Source of the DNA: Heterodontus francisci
Taxonomy: Eukaryota
Length of the DNA stretch: 64,000 bases
Assembly: GCF_036365525.1 (NCBI RefSeq)
Contig: NC_090380.1
Span: forward strand, 96,061,942 to 96,125,941
Direction: 5' to 3'
Below are positions 50,507 to 63,819 of the stretch, piece after piece (the stretch's first letter is position 1; the number at the start of each line of letters is the position of its first letter). Under the pieces are notes generated by a model that was given only the letters and a program-made list of their open reading frames with translations, was not told the DNA's origin and made no database searches. Both the position numbers and the translations under genes were made by a program.

Positions 50507-53500
50507 CCTCCACACCCAGGGGAATGAAATGCGATTTGATTTAAAAAAAAGCGCATTTCATTACAAGGTTTGAGAGAAATATAAGTTACGGAAAGAAAAA
50601 ACATGTATTTCTCGCATTCATTTCCATTCATTCATCAATCTTAAAGCCTATTAAAATGATCTTTTTTGGGTGCCAGTGCTGCTTTAATTTCCCTTTTTTT
50701 ACCAGGAGAGTTAGTAGCGGGCGGGTCTATCCTGAACTCTCTGAGTCATGCAAAGACCTTTGTCTTCAGGGGATGGGTGGTTCCCTTTTCCTCTGACTGT
50801 GGGGAAGGATTCTTTGATAATCTCCCCTTTGTTCTCTGGGACACTCCTACCTGCAGGTATTTGTGCAGACTTGACTGCACTCTCCTCTGCCACTTCGACT
50901 AGGTGAGACATCACTCTCACGGTTTATGTGCACCCTAAAGGTCTCTCTTTGTCTCTGCAGGTTCCTGTAAATTATGCTAGCCACTCTGGTGGGCTGCTTC
51001 TAGAGTCTGCATTTACACAGGAGGATTTGGGGTCTGACTGTTCACATTTTTCGGGTTTGGTTGACCAGACAGTAGGGGTTTTCATCTGGGATTCCTCCTG
51101 GACTTCCTTTAACCTGCCTTCTTGGTCAACTTTTTCCCTTCTCTTTCTAAACTTTTGCCAGCCGTGTGCCTGCCTGTCCCCTTTTGTTCTCGGCAGGGGT
51201 CCCTTACAGTTCACCAGACCTCTGCTGGAGGATCCTCCTAACACTTAGGACTTACGGGTGTAGGTTTCCCTGCAGGTTGGGGTTTCCCCTCAACCTGGCA
51301 CATGTGGCAACTCCTGCAGTACTCCACCACGTCTTTGTGGAGCTTTGGCCAGTCAAATTGCTCTCTTATGTGGGCTTTGGTCTTTCATATATCGGCATGT
51401 ACAGCCACTGTAGTCTCGTGGGCCCTTCTTAATAATTCTCCCCGGTACCTCTGCGGCACCACTAACTGGTGAGCTACTGTCCACTCCTTACTCTCCGGTC
51501 TGTGAGGAGAACTCCATTTCCTCATCAGTACCTCATTCTTTAAATAATAGCAATCAGGGACTCCCTCTGCTTCACTTTCAGACTGGGCAGCCTGTGCTAA
51601 CTCTCGCAATACTGGGTCAGCTTGCTGAGCCTCAGCTAGGGAAAATCCATTTAATTCATTCCCTAGGTCTCCTAACTTTCCAAAGAAAGTCTTGGACAGG
51701 CAGACCTCATGGTACTCTGCCTGCAGTGCCAATGCAGTCTCCTCTGGGGGAGCTAGTTTGATCATGGCCTGACCGACTACACATTCAGGGACACTGCAGG
51801 GGACCGTCTCCTGCCGCTGCCCTGTCTCTCTGACCTCCTGTAGTCTTTCACTACTGGGGAGGCTACCACCTTCACCCCTGCCAGATCATTACCTCGGAGC
51901 AGGTCAACCCGGTCCACAGGCAAACTAGGGACAATCCCAATGGTCACCGGTCCCGAAACTAGGTCACACTCCAGGTGCACCTGGTGTACAGGTACAGGCA
52001 TACACTGCCCTCCAATACCATTCACCACCATTTTGGTGTTCACTGCACTCTCCGGGGGAAATGTCAGGTCTTTTCCCAGTAAAAGGTCCCTGAGAATCAC
52101 TATGGGCTTGCTTGCCCCACTCGAGGGGTATTGGGTTACTTTCCCTTCAGACACAAAACCCTGATAACCTTCAAGAATCCTATTAACATTTCCTGCACTG
52201 GATGTAGTAAGCTTCCTGGTTGCACTCTTACTGCAGTTAAAGCCACAACTTGTTCTGTGCTTTCCATCAGGGTCCTGTCTGCACTGAGTGGGTGTGCCCT
52301 GATTAACTCTACCGGTTTCCCCCTTAGTTTCCAGCAGTCAGCTTTTAAATGCCCTGCCTTATTACAATGGAAGCACACAGGTCTCCGGGTCTCACTGTCG
52401 CTCATAGCACCTTCCTTTTTGGCTGGAGGAGGGCCCCCTTTGTCTCCTGCTTTCCTTTCTCTCCCAGGATTTTCTGGGCTCCTATCACCTTCCCACCCTT
52501 TGTCCTTTTCAGATTTGTGGGGGTGACTAGGAAAGCTTCTCCCATGGGAAACTGACTTATAATTTAAAGCAAACTCATTGGCCAGAACGGCTGCTTGTCA
52601 GGCTCCCTGAACCTGCTGCTCCTCCACTTGGGTCTTTATGGAGAGTGGGAGAGAGTTTTTAAATTCCTCTAACAGAATTGCTTCTCTGAGATTCTCATAG
52701 CTGAGATGTATTTTAAGAGCCCTCAGCCACTGGTCAAAAGCCAGCTGCTTACTTCTTTCAAACTCCAGATAAGTTTGATTAGCTTGCTTCTTGAGGATTC
52801 TAAACTTTTTGCGTTAGGCTTTGGGTACTAATTCATATGCCACGAGGATAGCATTTTTGGTCAATTCATAATTTGATGAACTCTCGTCTGGCAACAAGGA
52901 ATAAACCTCATGGGCTTTTCCGGTTAGTTTGCTTTGCAATAAAAGAGACCAGGTCTCAGCTGGCCATTTTAGCTGCCTTGCCAGTTTCTCAAAAGACACA
53001 AAAATGCTTCCACATCTTCCTCATTGAATTTTGGAATTAGTTGAGTGAGATTTAGCAAATTTGTACCCAGTTCTGAATTCTGCTCCTCCATATTGGCCAT
53101 GCTTTCACTGGGGTTACTCTGTTGTCCCCTAGTTAACTCAAGCCGCCTCCACTCTGTTTCTTCGCATTCTTTCTGAAATATTTTTTCTCTCTCTCTCTCC
53201 TCTCTCTCTCCTCCCTTCTCCTGTCTTTCTCTCTCTGTCTCCTGCCTTTCATTTTCTTCACGTTCCTTTTTGAAGGCTCTCTCTTTCTCTCTCTCTTCTA
53301 GTTCAAGTTTCTTTTGTTCCAATTGTATCTTTGCCAGCAGTACCCTGTCTGGGTCTGCTTCTAACACTGCCTCTGCTTCTTCAAATTCAAGGGAAAAAAT
53401 GGTTGGCCACTGGCCTTCGGAGTTCAGACTTCCTAGCCTTACCATGTACAGTGTTCCCACACTGTTCAGCCATTTTTCTCACCTCTTCCATTGACAGTGC

Positions 53501-53553
53501 TTTTTAGCTTATCCCAAGTTACTTTACCCTGGCTTGGAGAACTACTAACTTCA

Positions 53554-54470
53554 ATGAATTTGGCCTAACCATCAGCCTCAAGAAAACGAACATCATGGGG
53601 CAGGATGTCAGAAATGCTCCATCCATCAATATTGGCGACCACGCTCTGGAAGTGGTTCAAGAGTTCACCTACCTAGGCTCAACTATCACCAGTAACCTGT
53701 CTCTAGATGCAGAAATCAACAAGCGCATGGGTAAGGCTTCCACTGCTATGTCCAGACTGGCCAAGAGAGTGTGGGAAAATGGCGCACTGACACGGAACAC
53801 AAAAGTCCGAGTGTATCAGGCCTGTGTCCTCAGTACCTTGCTCTACGGCAGCGAGGCCTGGACAACGTATGCCAGCCAAGAGCGAGGTCTCAATTCATTC
53901 CATCTTCGCTGCCTTCGGAGAATACTTGGCATCAGGTGGCAGGACTATATCTCCAACACAGAAGTCCTTGAAGCGGCCAACACCCCCAGCTTATACACAC
54001 TACTGAGTCAGCGGCGCTTGAGATGGCTTGGCCATGTGAGCCGCATGGAAGATGGCAGGATCCCCAAAGACACATTGTACAGCGAGCTCACCACTGGTAT
54101 CAGACCCACCGGCCGTCCATGTCTCCGTTATAAAGACGTCTGCAAACGTGACATGAAATCGTGTGACATTGATCACAAGTCGTGGGAGTCAGTTGCCAGC
54201 ATTCGCCAGAGCTGGCGGGCAGCCATAAAGACAGGGCTAAATTGTGGCGAGTCGAAGAGACTTAGTAGTTGGCAGGAAAAAAGACAGAGGCGCAAGGGGA
54301 GAGCCAACTGTGCAACAGCCCCAACAAACAAATTTCTCTGCAGCACCTGTGGAAGAGCCTGTCACTCCAGAATTGGCCTTTATAGCCACTCCAGGCGCTG
54401 CTTCACAAACCACTGACCACCTCCAGGCGCGTATCCATTGTCTCTCGAGATAAGGAGGCCCAAAAGAAGA
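53554..54470 (+). mobile_element. RTE-clade LINE, 5'-truncated, with an intact 3' ORF segment
   Basis: ORF 53595..54416 FTYLGS, LLYGSEAWT, RLRWLGHVSRM, CSTCGRACHSRIGLYSH; (AAG) tail; TSD AACTTCA at 53547-53553 and 54471-54477. Confidence 0.93.
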
Positions 54471-54602
54471 AACTTCAGTTGCAGACATGTTAGTATTCAA
54501 TTACACACAACCACAAGAAAACCTGTATTGAAAACTTGCTCTTTTTTTGATTGGGAACAATTTGGCTTCCCACTTCCAGTGTCTCTCGCTAGCACAAATT
54601 TC

Positions 54603-55433
54603 TGTTACGAGCAGGTGAGAAAGGTGTCTAGGGGTCTTTTACAGTCTTCACCTGGTCTTATTGTAACAGGGTTTAATTTTTAAACATGCTGCGTTTTGAG
54701 CTCCTCCTTGGTGAATCCTTGTTCACTGCTTTCCAATTATCAGGCAAAGAAATGAGCAGAACCAGGTTTTATTAGGTTTAAAGAAAAAACGTGAAATTTA
54801 TTGAAACTTAAACTTAAACTCTAATTCGGTTAACACCCACTGATATATGACGTGACCACGCTAGCCTACACACGTGATACACACATGCAAATAGGGACAG
54901 AAGACAGCAGAAGAAAAATAGAGAGGTTTGAGGCAATATCAGAAGAGTTTCTTGTTTACTGTGCTTCGAGCTCACTGGAGTCCTTTTGTAAGTAGTCTTG
55001 CTTTTTGTTGGGGCCCAGTATTCATCTTAAACCTTGTTCACTGGAAGACTTTTCTCTCTTGGGGTTTATGTGTCTTCAATGGGTCTTCAGTTCCATGAGA
55101 AAGAGATGGGAGCAGTCAGAAAAAGGTCTTTTCCAGTCCAGGAGCAAACAGCTTTCTGAGTTTCAAACACTCTGTGGCAAGTTCATATTCAACAGCCAGT
55201 TCGTCATGTGACTCAACTGGTCTGACCCGGTCTTCTGTGTATTGGAGAAGCAGGGACTGGGTCCTTTGTTCCAACACTGTCTGCTAGTATGCAAAAAAGG
55301 TCTTTCCGGCAAGGGGCCTGGCAATTCCTTGTGATAGTCCCTCTTTTCTTCCCAGCAACATTTTTAAGTTTTTAATGTTCATGTGATTAAATAATGTGTG
55401 CCTCAGTCTTGGTAGGTGGGGGCCTGCATGACA
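54603..55433 (-). repeat. 5' LTR
   Basis: Direct repeat of 49686-50506 with TGTTA...TGACA termini. Confidence 0.9.
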
Positions 55434-57178
55434 ATGTGGTGAGAGTTTCTGCCTCTACCAACCTTTCAGGCAGTGTGTTCCAGGTCCCTACCACCATCTG
55501 GGTGAGAAAATGTTTCCTCAACTCCCCTCTAATCCTTCTACTAATTATTTTAAATCTATACGCCCTGGCTTTTGACCCTTCTGCTAAGGCAAATAGATCA
55601 CCTCCATTTACTTAATCTAGACCCCTCATAATTTTATACACCTCGATTAAGTCATTCCTTAGCCTCCTATGTTCCAAGGAAAACAACCCCAGCCTATCCA
55701 ATCTTTCCTCATAGCTAAAATGTTCCAGTCCTGGCAACATCCTCAAAAACCTACTCTACACTAGTGCAATCACATCTTTCCTATAATCTGGTGACCAAAC
55801 TGTATGCAGCACTCAAGCTGTAGTCTAACTAATGATGTATATAGTTCTAGTACAACCTCCCTGTTCTTATATTCTATGTCTTAGCTAATAAAGGGAAGCA
55901 TGCTTTATGCCTTCTTAACCACCTTATCAACCTGTCCTGCTACCTTTAAGGATCTGTGGATAAGGTACCTTTGTTCCTCCAGACTACTCAGTATAGTCCC
56001 ATTTATTGTGTCTTCCCTTGCCTTGATGCACCTCCCAAAATGCATTACCTCACACTTCTCTGGATTGAATTCCATTTTCCACTTTTCTGCTCAACTGACC
56101 AGACCATCTATATGTTCTTGCAGCCTAAAGCTTTCCTTCTCACTGTCAACTACCTGCAAAGTTCTTTATCATGCTCCCCACATTTCAATCTAAATATTAA
56201 TATAAACTACAAAAAGCAAGGGACTGAGTACTAAGCCCTGCGGAACCCCACTGGTAACAGCCTTCCAATCGCAAAACACCCTCAACCATTACCCTTTGCT
56301 TCCTGTGCCACTAAACCAATTTTGGACCCAATTTTCCACCCTTGCCTGGATTTCGAGGGCTTTTACTTTTTTTACCAGCCTGCCATATTGAACCTTGTCA
56401 AAAGCCTTGCTAAAATCGATGTAGACCACATCCACCGCACTGCCCTTATCAACCCTACTTGTCACCTCCCCAAAAAATTCAATCGAATTAGTTAGACATG
56501 ACCTTCCCTTAACAAATCCATGCTGATTTTCCTTGATTAATCTATGTCTTTCTAAATGAAGCCTTAAACTGTCCTTCAGAATCGATTCCAATAATTTGCC
56601 TACAACCAAAGTGAAGTTAAATGGCCGATAATTACTTGGATTATTCCTTCTTCCCTTTTTAAACAATGGTACAATGTTGGAAGTCCTCCAATCCTCTAGC
56701 ACCACTCCTGTAGCCAGGGAGGATTGAAATATGATGGTCAGAGCCTTCGCAATTTGCTCCCTTGCTTCTTTCAACAACCTGGGGTATATTTCACCTGGGC
56801 TTGATGATTTATCTATTTTCAAAGACGTTGAAACCTTTAATACTTCCTCTCTTACAATGTTTATTCCATCCAATATTTCACACCCTTCCTCCTTTACTAT
56901 GATCAGCACCCTCTTTTGTGAAGATCGCTGTATTCAGTAAGAACCTTACCCACATTGTCCACTTCCACAGATAGGTTGCCTTTTTGGTCCATGATAGGCC
57001 GTACTCTTCTTGCCCTTTATGTACAATCTGCTGCACACAAGTGCATCTTCCAGGTGACAGTACTATGTTTGCCAGGGCTGACACTTATGTGCACTTCACT
57101 ACTGATGAAGCCAGTCAGAACGAGAAAGCTCTCTCATTTGCTGCAATGGTTGGATTCCCAGAGGTCCAGGGAGTCATA

Positions 57179-58266
57179 GGGAGGAATTTTATGAGTGCCG
57201 TGGCGTTCCCAATGGCGGGACTGGAAGTTGTCGTAACTTCCACTTCTGCCGCAATTCCCATTTCCCAAGCGATTTTGTATGTAAATTTGCCATGTATGAT
57301 GGGCACAGCGGACATGTGGGATCATGCGGCGGGGACGGCCTTTCATTGGTGGAACTTCACTGCCCCAATCATCACAATCACCACAGATATAAAACATTCT
57401 GTGCTTGCAGCCTCAAGAATCAGCGGCCTTCCTTTCATATAAGCATCTTCATAAATACTTAAATTGAAGCTTTTACTTAAATCAAAATGTTTTTGCCTCC
57501 CTTATTTTATGAAAGTCACCACCAACTTCACATAATTTATTTTATCTGCAGCCAAAGTGAATCACATGGCAGCCAGTACCCTTGATTTTCCCCACAGCTC
57601 CCCAGTGTTGACAGCACTCATCCCTCCCTTTAGGCCCTTGCCAAATAACTCCACACTGTACTGATCTAATCTACCCACCACCCCCACAGCCGACAACATG
57701 CATCTTCACCATCAACATCAACCATTCAACAAACTGGATGCTCCATTCCACTCTCCCCTGCTCCTCGATGCACCCTTCCCTTCCCTCCCTGACTATCCTG
57801 CCCTGCTCGTCTATGTAGCCCTTGCCCATGCCTTCAGTGCCAACCCCTGTTGCTGCCGAGCCTGGAGGCAAATATCCATTGCAATGCTGGCGCTAGTTTA
57901 GCAAATGAGTTAAAGAGAGAAGAGCACAGACATGAGACTCAACTGCACAAATCTGATCGCTGCACACTACGTTGAAACATTTGTGAACCCGGTGGCACAG
58001 GAATATCGCATGCCGTTCACTTAATCTGGCGGGTAGGACTAAGTTGTAACTATGCGTATGGTAATGAGTATTCATGTTATTTAAATGAATGCAAAGCTGC
58101 AATCTGCCGTCATGTTTGGTGACCCCCAGAATGCTACTAACCCACCCGCTAACTTAATTCCTCTAAAATATCCCAGCGTTCGGAATCTGCGAAAACACCT
58201 CCCACCTAATTATATCACCCCACACGTCACCAAATCCGCTGCGGCGGAGAGCATAAAATTCCTCCC
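57179..58266. mobile_element. Non-autonomous Harbinger-type element (MITE), 1088 bp
   Basis: Perfect 15-bp TIR GGGAGGAATTTTATG / CATAAAATTCCTCCC with 3-bp TSD ATA. Confidence 0.88.
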
Positions 58267-59627
58267 ATAGACTGCACCCATGTGGCAGTCAAGGTAGCAT
58301 CAGATCACCCAGCAGTATTCATTAGTTGAAAGAAATTCCTCTCAGCAATGTTCAGATGGTATGAAACCACTGGAAGATCATCATGCCTGCCCTGTGCAAG
58401 ATACCCAGGAAGCTGCCACGATTCTTTCATCCTGCATTAGTCAACTCTCCCATAGATATTCGCATCTCCAAGTGGAAGCAGCGGATGGTTCCTTGGAGAT
58501 GAGGGCTACCCTCTTAGGACGTGGCTGAAGACAACTGTGAGGAGTCCTACCACTGATGACCAGGAAAGCAAAATCACATGATTATAAGAGTGGTCATTGA
58601 ACAAGCTATTGGGTGCTGAAGCCAGATGCCTGGGAATGCCCTTCAGTCTGTTCCAGCAAGGGTGGCCAGAATGATAATGGTGTGTTGTGCCTGGCACAAC
58701 ATAACACAGCAGAGAGGACTGGAGCTGCAGGAGGATGAATGCTCTGCATCTTCAGAGGAGGAGGAGGAGGAGGAGGAGGAGGAGGAGGAGGAAGAAAAGA
58801 AGAAGATCAGGAAGAGCAGGAGCAACAGGAGAAATGCTGACAGAACCTCACACATTTTCTGCTGCTGCTCCAGAATAATTCTTCTAATTGATTAACCCCC
58901 GAGGCCCAGCATCTGCATTCGGCTGGGCAGAGCTTGGAGTGTCCTGCACCCTTAGGGGACTCTCTACTGCTGCCCCTATCTCCAACACCTGCTCCTGCTC
59001 ACTTGTGATGTGTGGCTCAACATGTGACAATCCAACTAACTGCCTTGGAGGCTCCACCGAGGCTTGTTTCTCTGAGCTTGTGGAGGGTGTGTGTGAGTCA
59101 TGTGAAGGTGCATCCTCAGAGTGCGTGAGCTCCTCTGAGGAGTTTTTGTCCTCATCCTGCACCAGCTCTGAGGGACACTTGCAGGACTTATGGGAGATGA
59201 AAGTCATGAATTAGAACTGAGAAGGTGACAGGGTTCTGAGTTATCATTGTGTGGATCATCATTTTTCATTGCCTCCTGACGCCAAGTCAACATGAATGCA
59301 TGTTATATGCCATGTGACTGTGTGATATCTAATTCTGTCAGCACGTCGCTGGGAGACCCCCACCTCTCCTTCTCTGATGACCATGCATGTGAAGCATCTG
59401 CTCTACTTCAGCATCTCCGCAGCAGCAGCAGTTGGGGTGGTGATGATTGGATGGCACTCCTGGTTCTCTGTCTCTCCCTGTTGTTCTGCACTCCCTTCTT
59501 TTGCAAGGAGTGAAAGAAGAGAGTTATGAGTGTGAGAAATGGAATGTATTGAGGGGATGGATTGACAGCATTTGTGGTTGGCACTGTGAGGGATGGATGT
59601 GTATTGACAATAAGATGAGGGTGAGCG

Positions 59628-60030
59628 TCAATAGTGGCTGTTCAAAAGGGGATGTGAAGAGATGCCTCGAAAGAGAGGTATGGGTGCACCTGCAAGGTAT
59701 GTTGTTTTGATGAGTGCTGTGCAGGAGAAGGCTGGTGACGTCAGACTGTAGGGTTTTGCACTTGAATGTGACATGTCACTCACCTTTCCTGCCCTGAGGA
59801 GGTGATTGAACCTCTTGTGGTACTGTGTCCAGGAGTGAGGCACCACACTCCTGCTGCTCACCTCCTCTGCCACTTCCAACTACACCAGCTTGGTCTCCAA
59901 GGCAACCTTTTCCTCCCATCTACTGGAAGAGAATACCCCTTACAGCCCACAGCATGATGTCCAGGGATGCATCTGAGAACCATGGAGCATTCTTCCCTCG
60001 TTGACACTCCATATGGCTCTTTCTTGACAA
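59628..60030 (-). pseudogene. Harbinger Myb/SANT-like DNA-binding gene remnant
   Basis: APWFSDASLDIML...ILF and EVAEEVSSRSVVPHSWTQYHKRFNHL, convergent with the transposase remnant. Confidence 0.75.
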
Positions 60031-61010
60031 TTGTAGAATGCTTCCATCCTGGCCCTCACAGAATCCCTTTAAATAGTGAAGCTTCAACAATCTGGTGCAG
60101 GCCATCTTCATGCCCACCCACCGTAATTGGTTGGGAAACCCGGAATTGGGATGCTAATGCTATGGCTGAGTTAAAAGGCCGCTGAGAATCCTGCTGCTCA
60201 CACTTTCGGGTTCCAGACATCTGCCAGCCTCCCCCACTGTGAGCAGGTTGAAATGTTAACATTCAGCCCTATGCTTTCTTCTGCATTCCAGGTTCTGTTT
60301 TGGAGCTGAAGAAATTGTCCATTGATTGGCTGAATGTTTAGCTGTATAGGTTATTTTCCTGTCCATCAAGGCCAGTAAATCTGTACTCAATTCTGATTTT
60401 TTTAGGATCAAATAATAAGGCAGTGTTGCTGGATGAGTTATCTCATCCACAGGACAAGAAGCTCAGTTGTGTTCAGGCAAGATAATGGCCCCACATTTCC
60501 TTAGGCCTGCCATGCTGGCATAAGTACAGTGGAGCAGTTGCCACTGACCTGCACTCCTGACCCCACCAGAGTATCACTGGTCAAGGTTGGGTCATCTAAG
60601 TTATATATTTCTAGCAGGCATCCACACCAACATGTGTGTCTGCTAGAGGAATGCGGTAGGTAGAAGATAGAATGGCCATTGGTGGGAAGGAGAATCTGGC
60701 GTGGTATAAAACAGGCTGTTGATTTGCTATTGGCCATTTTGTGCTGTTGCCAAAGGCTAAATTCACCCCCATTATATATATTTTTGGGTACTTTACCTTC
60801 TAAAGAACACTGATACTTTGGAGGCATTTCAGAAAAAAGTGAAATGGATAGAATCATAGAATAATACTGCACAGAAGGAGGTCAGGAAATATAGTGAAGA
60901 CAAACTCGAGGAAATTGACTTGTTTTTATTGGAGAAAATAATGCTAAAAGTGAATGTAATGTAGTCCTATAAAATGAGAAGGGGAATGTGGACAATATGT
61001 ATATAAATAG

Positions 61011-61165
61011 AAACACTCAGCCGGTCTGGCAGCATCTGTGGAGAGAGAAGCAGAGTTAATGTTTCAGGTTAACTCTCCACAGATGCTGCCAGACCTGCTG
61101 AGTATTTCCAACATTTCTTGTTTTTATTTCAGATTTCCAGCATCTGCAGTGTTTTGCTTTTAATG
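61011..61165. repeat. Fold-back pair of Penelope terminal fragments
   Basis: actcagccggtctggcagcatctgtggagag pairs with ctctccacagatgctgccagacctgctgagt. Confidence 0.8.
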
Positions 61166-61444
61166 TATATAAATAGGTTATTTAATATAGTTTGTGAGTA
61201 GATGAGTATAATTTTTCTCCTCGCAAAATAGTGGTTATGTGCAATAAGCTCTCAACAAAAGTGATTAGTGATATGGAAATTCATTCTTAAGAACAGTATT
61301 TAATACAAAAAGAATAAGTGCTGACACTAGTCTATGGAACACCCTGTTCATAGTCTCTTGGAGCCAGGGGTGAGTCATCTGTGGAATGCATTCAGTCGGA
61401 GTTGTAAGTGTGGGTGTTAGGTTCAATTACCATTCTGGGGTTTT

Positions 61445-62660
61445 AAAGAACAAAGAACAAAGAACAAAGAAAATTACAGCACAGGAACAGGCCCTTCGGC
61501 CCTCCAAGCCTACGCCGATCCAAATCCTCTATCTAAACCTGTCGCCTATTATCTAAGGGTCTGTATCTCTTTACTTCCTGCCCATTCATGTATCTGTCTA
61601 GGTACATCTTAAAAGACGCTATCGTGCCCGCGAATACCACCTCTGCTGGCAATGCGTTCCATGCACCCACCACCCTCTGCGTAAAGAACTTTCCACGCAT
61701 ATCCCCCCTAAACTTTTCCCCTTTCACTTTGAACTCATGTCCCCTTGTAATTGAAACCCCCACTCTGGGAAAAAGCTTCTTGCTATCCACCCTGTCTATA
61801 CCTCTCATGATTTTGTACACCTCAATCAGGTCCCCCCTCAACCTCCGTCTTTCTAATGAAAATAATCCTAATCTACTCAACCTCTCTTCATAGCTAGCGC
61901 CCTCCATACCAGGAAACATCCTGGTGAACCTCCTCTGCACCCTCTCCAAAGCATCCACATCCTTTTGGTAATGTGGCGACCAGAACTGCACGCAGTATTC
62001 CAAATGTGGCTGAACCAAAGTCCTATACAACTGTAACATGACCTGCCAACCTTTGTACTCAATACCCCGTCCGATGAAGGAAAGCATGCCGTATGCCTTC
62101 TTGACCACTCTATTGACCTGCGTTGCCGCCTTCAGGGAACAATGGACCTGAACACCCAAATCTCTCTGCACATCAATTTTCCCCAGGACTTTTCCATTTA
62201 CTGTATAGTTCATTCTTGAATTGGATCTTCCAAAATGCATCACCTCGCATTTGCCCTGATTGAACTCCATCTGCCATTTCCATTTCTCTGCCCAACTCTC
62301 CAGTCTATCTATATTCTGCTGTATTCTCTGACAGTCCCCTTCACTATCTGCTACTCCACCAATCTTAGTGTCGTCTGCAAACTTGCTAATCAGACCACCT
62401 ATACTTTCCTCCAAATCATTTATGTATATCACAAACAACAGTGGTCCCAGCACGGATCCCTGTGGAACACCACTGGTCACACGTCTCCATTTTGAGAAAC
62501 TCCCTTCCACTGCTACTCTCTGTCTCCTGTTGCCCAGCCAGTTCTTTATCCATCTAGCTAGTACACCCTGGACCCCATGCGACTTCACTTTCTCCATCAG
62601 CCTACCATGGGGAACCTTATCAAATGCCTTACTGAAGTCCATGTATACGACATCTACAGC
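61445..62660 (-). mobile_element. Young CR1 LINE, 5'-truncated, with an open 369-aa RT/C-terminal ORF
   Basis: ORF 61533..62642 MDFSKAFDKVPH, GVPQGSVLGP, KFADD, RRRLRGDL; tail (TTCTTTG)n. Confidence 0.95.
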
Positions 62661-63819
62661 CCTTTGCTTCTTTATTCTCAGGGATGGGGGGAGCTTTCAC
62701 AAAGCTTTATTTTCTTGGACATTGCATGCTTCAGGAGACTGATTATATTGGATAGATTCCATAATAGGGCAAAATGAGCATGCTTTATGGAAGTTATGGG
62801 CTTGTTGACCTGAAAGGCATTTTCTTATTTCATATTTGATTATCTTCTGAACCAGAAAATCAGTCATCACTTATAGTTTCAATCTGCTGGCTACAATTGC
62901 AATGAGCTTCATTTGGTGCAGAGTTAGATGAAACTGTCCACTCAGGAGGAGGGAAAACTGAAATGTTTGTCTTTCATCGTTACATGTGACACAATCAAAC
63001 ATGAACTAGATCATCCAATAAGCTGATTAAAACAATCTTTGCTGATTAGCCCACTGTTGTTGCTGATGAAGAATATCTATAATTTCAGGTTTTATTGTAA
63101 AATAGAGAAAGACAAGTCATTCGAAATATCAGCTAGTGATTATCAGCCAATGCCCTTACATAATTTATATTTGTAAAGAAAGTTGGATGACTGCTGGTGA
63201 TGGAAAGAATTAAACTGAACAAAATAACTTCAACTGTTTTCTTTCATGCCAACACCATTTGCATGGGTATCCAATTCTTTTATGAAAAGCCACAATACTT
63301 CCGTCTACTTATTGAATTTTAGGTGCTGTGTAATAAGCCTAATATATCTTGTTTTCAATTCTATCCCTCAATAAAGCTGAAGTATGACGGAGCAGTTATG
63401 GGTGTAGGAAGCAATCAGAGTCGGGAAATGATGTGCTGCTGCTCACAAGTGTTCCTTGGCTTCAGTTTCACAGTAATATTGGAGAGCTGAATGCTGGGTT
63501 AAATATTAGACTGTGCCGCCACTCTGTATACACAGCTGTGGAAGGAATGAGTGAACGCCTTCAGCAGACAGGAAACATGCAGCTCCCACTCAGACCAAAA
63601 TAACCAGCCGGTATCAAATCTGCCTACAGATCCTAATGTCAGGCGAATGCATTTTTGTTTCGCAATGGTAGATTTATCCTAGCCTGCTTAAAGTTACCCT
63701 AACTGTCGTGGACAAGGCATATATTGTATTACCTTACTATATTGCAAGTTATATTGCAGCACATATACATCTGGAGATAAGAGCTTGTATTTAAGAGAGT
63801 TTAGCATTTGCATTTGACA

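Larger units (their letters stand above)
49686..55433 (-). mobile_element. Gmr1-like Gypsy LTR retrotransposon with SCAN-domain gag and no RT/RNase H
   Basis: LTRs 49686-50506 and 54603-55433, TSD ATGT. Gag FEKLARQLKWP...LTGKA...YELVP and CFHCNKAGHLKADC; protease IVILRD...LRGNDLAG; integrase H2C2 (LVVPQRYRGELLRRAHE...CRSCHMC) directly after the protease. Confidence 0.9.
49524..57021 (-). mobile_element. CR1 LINE, 5'-truncated, split by the Gypsy element
   Basis: Tail at 49524-49685 and body at 55438-57021 (ORF 56289..56909); 7-bp TSD TACAATC at 49517-49523 and 57022-57028. Confidence 0.9.
48711..60269 (+). mobile_element. PIF/Harbinger transposon (transposase on +, Myb/SANT gene on -) hosting nested insertions
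   Basis: Transposase pieces in order: CLRRLRLSRQ (~49360), SGSLKGSAGNICRILQ|SAAHKCI, GFPEVQGVI|DCTHVAVK, RYPGSCHDSFIL, LGDEGYPLRTWL, VIEQAIG, CCAWHN. Right end taacattcagccc; left end approximate. Confidence 0.8.

Noticed and set aside
56984-57442. 152-aa ORF as a host gene or exon
   Set aside because: It is a chimera of the CR1 end, a Harbinger transposase segment and the MITE left end.
58755-58805. (GAG)n poly-Glu tract as part of a host protein
   Set aside because: It lies in the acidic C-terminal tail of the decayed Harbinger transposase.
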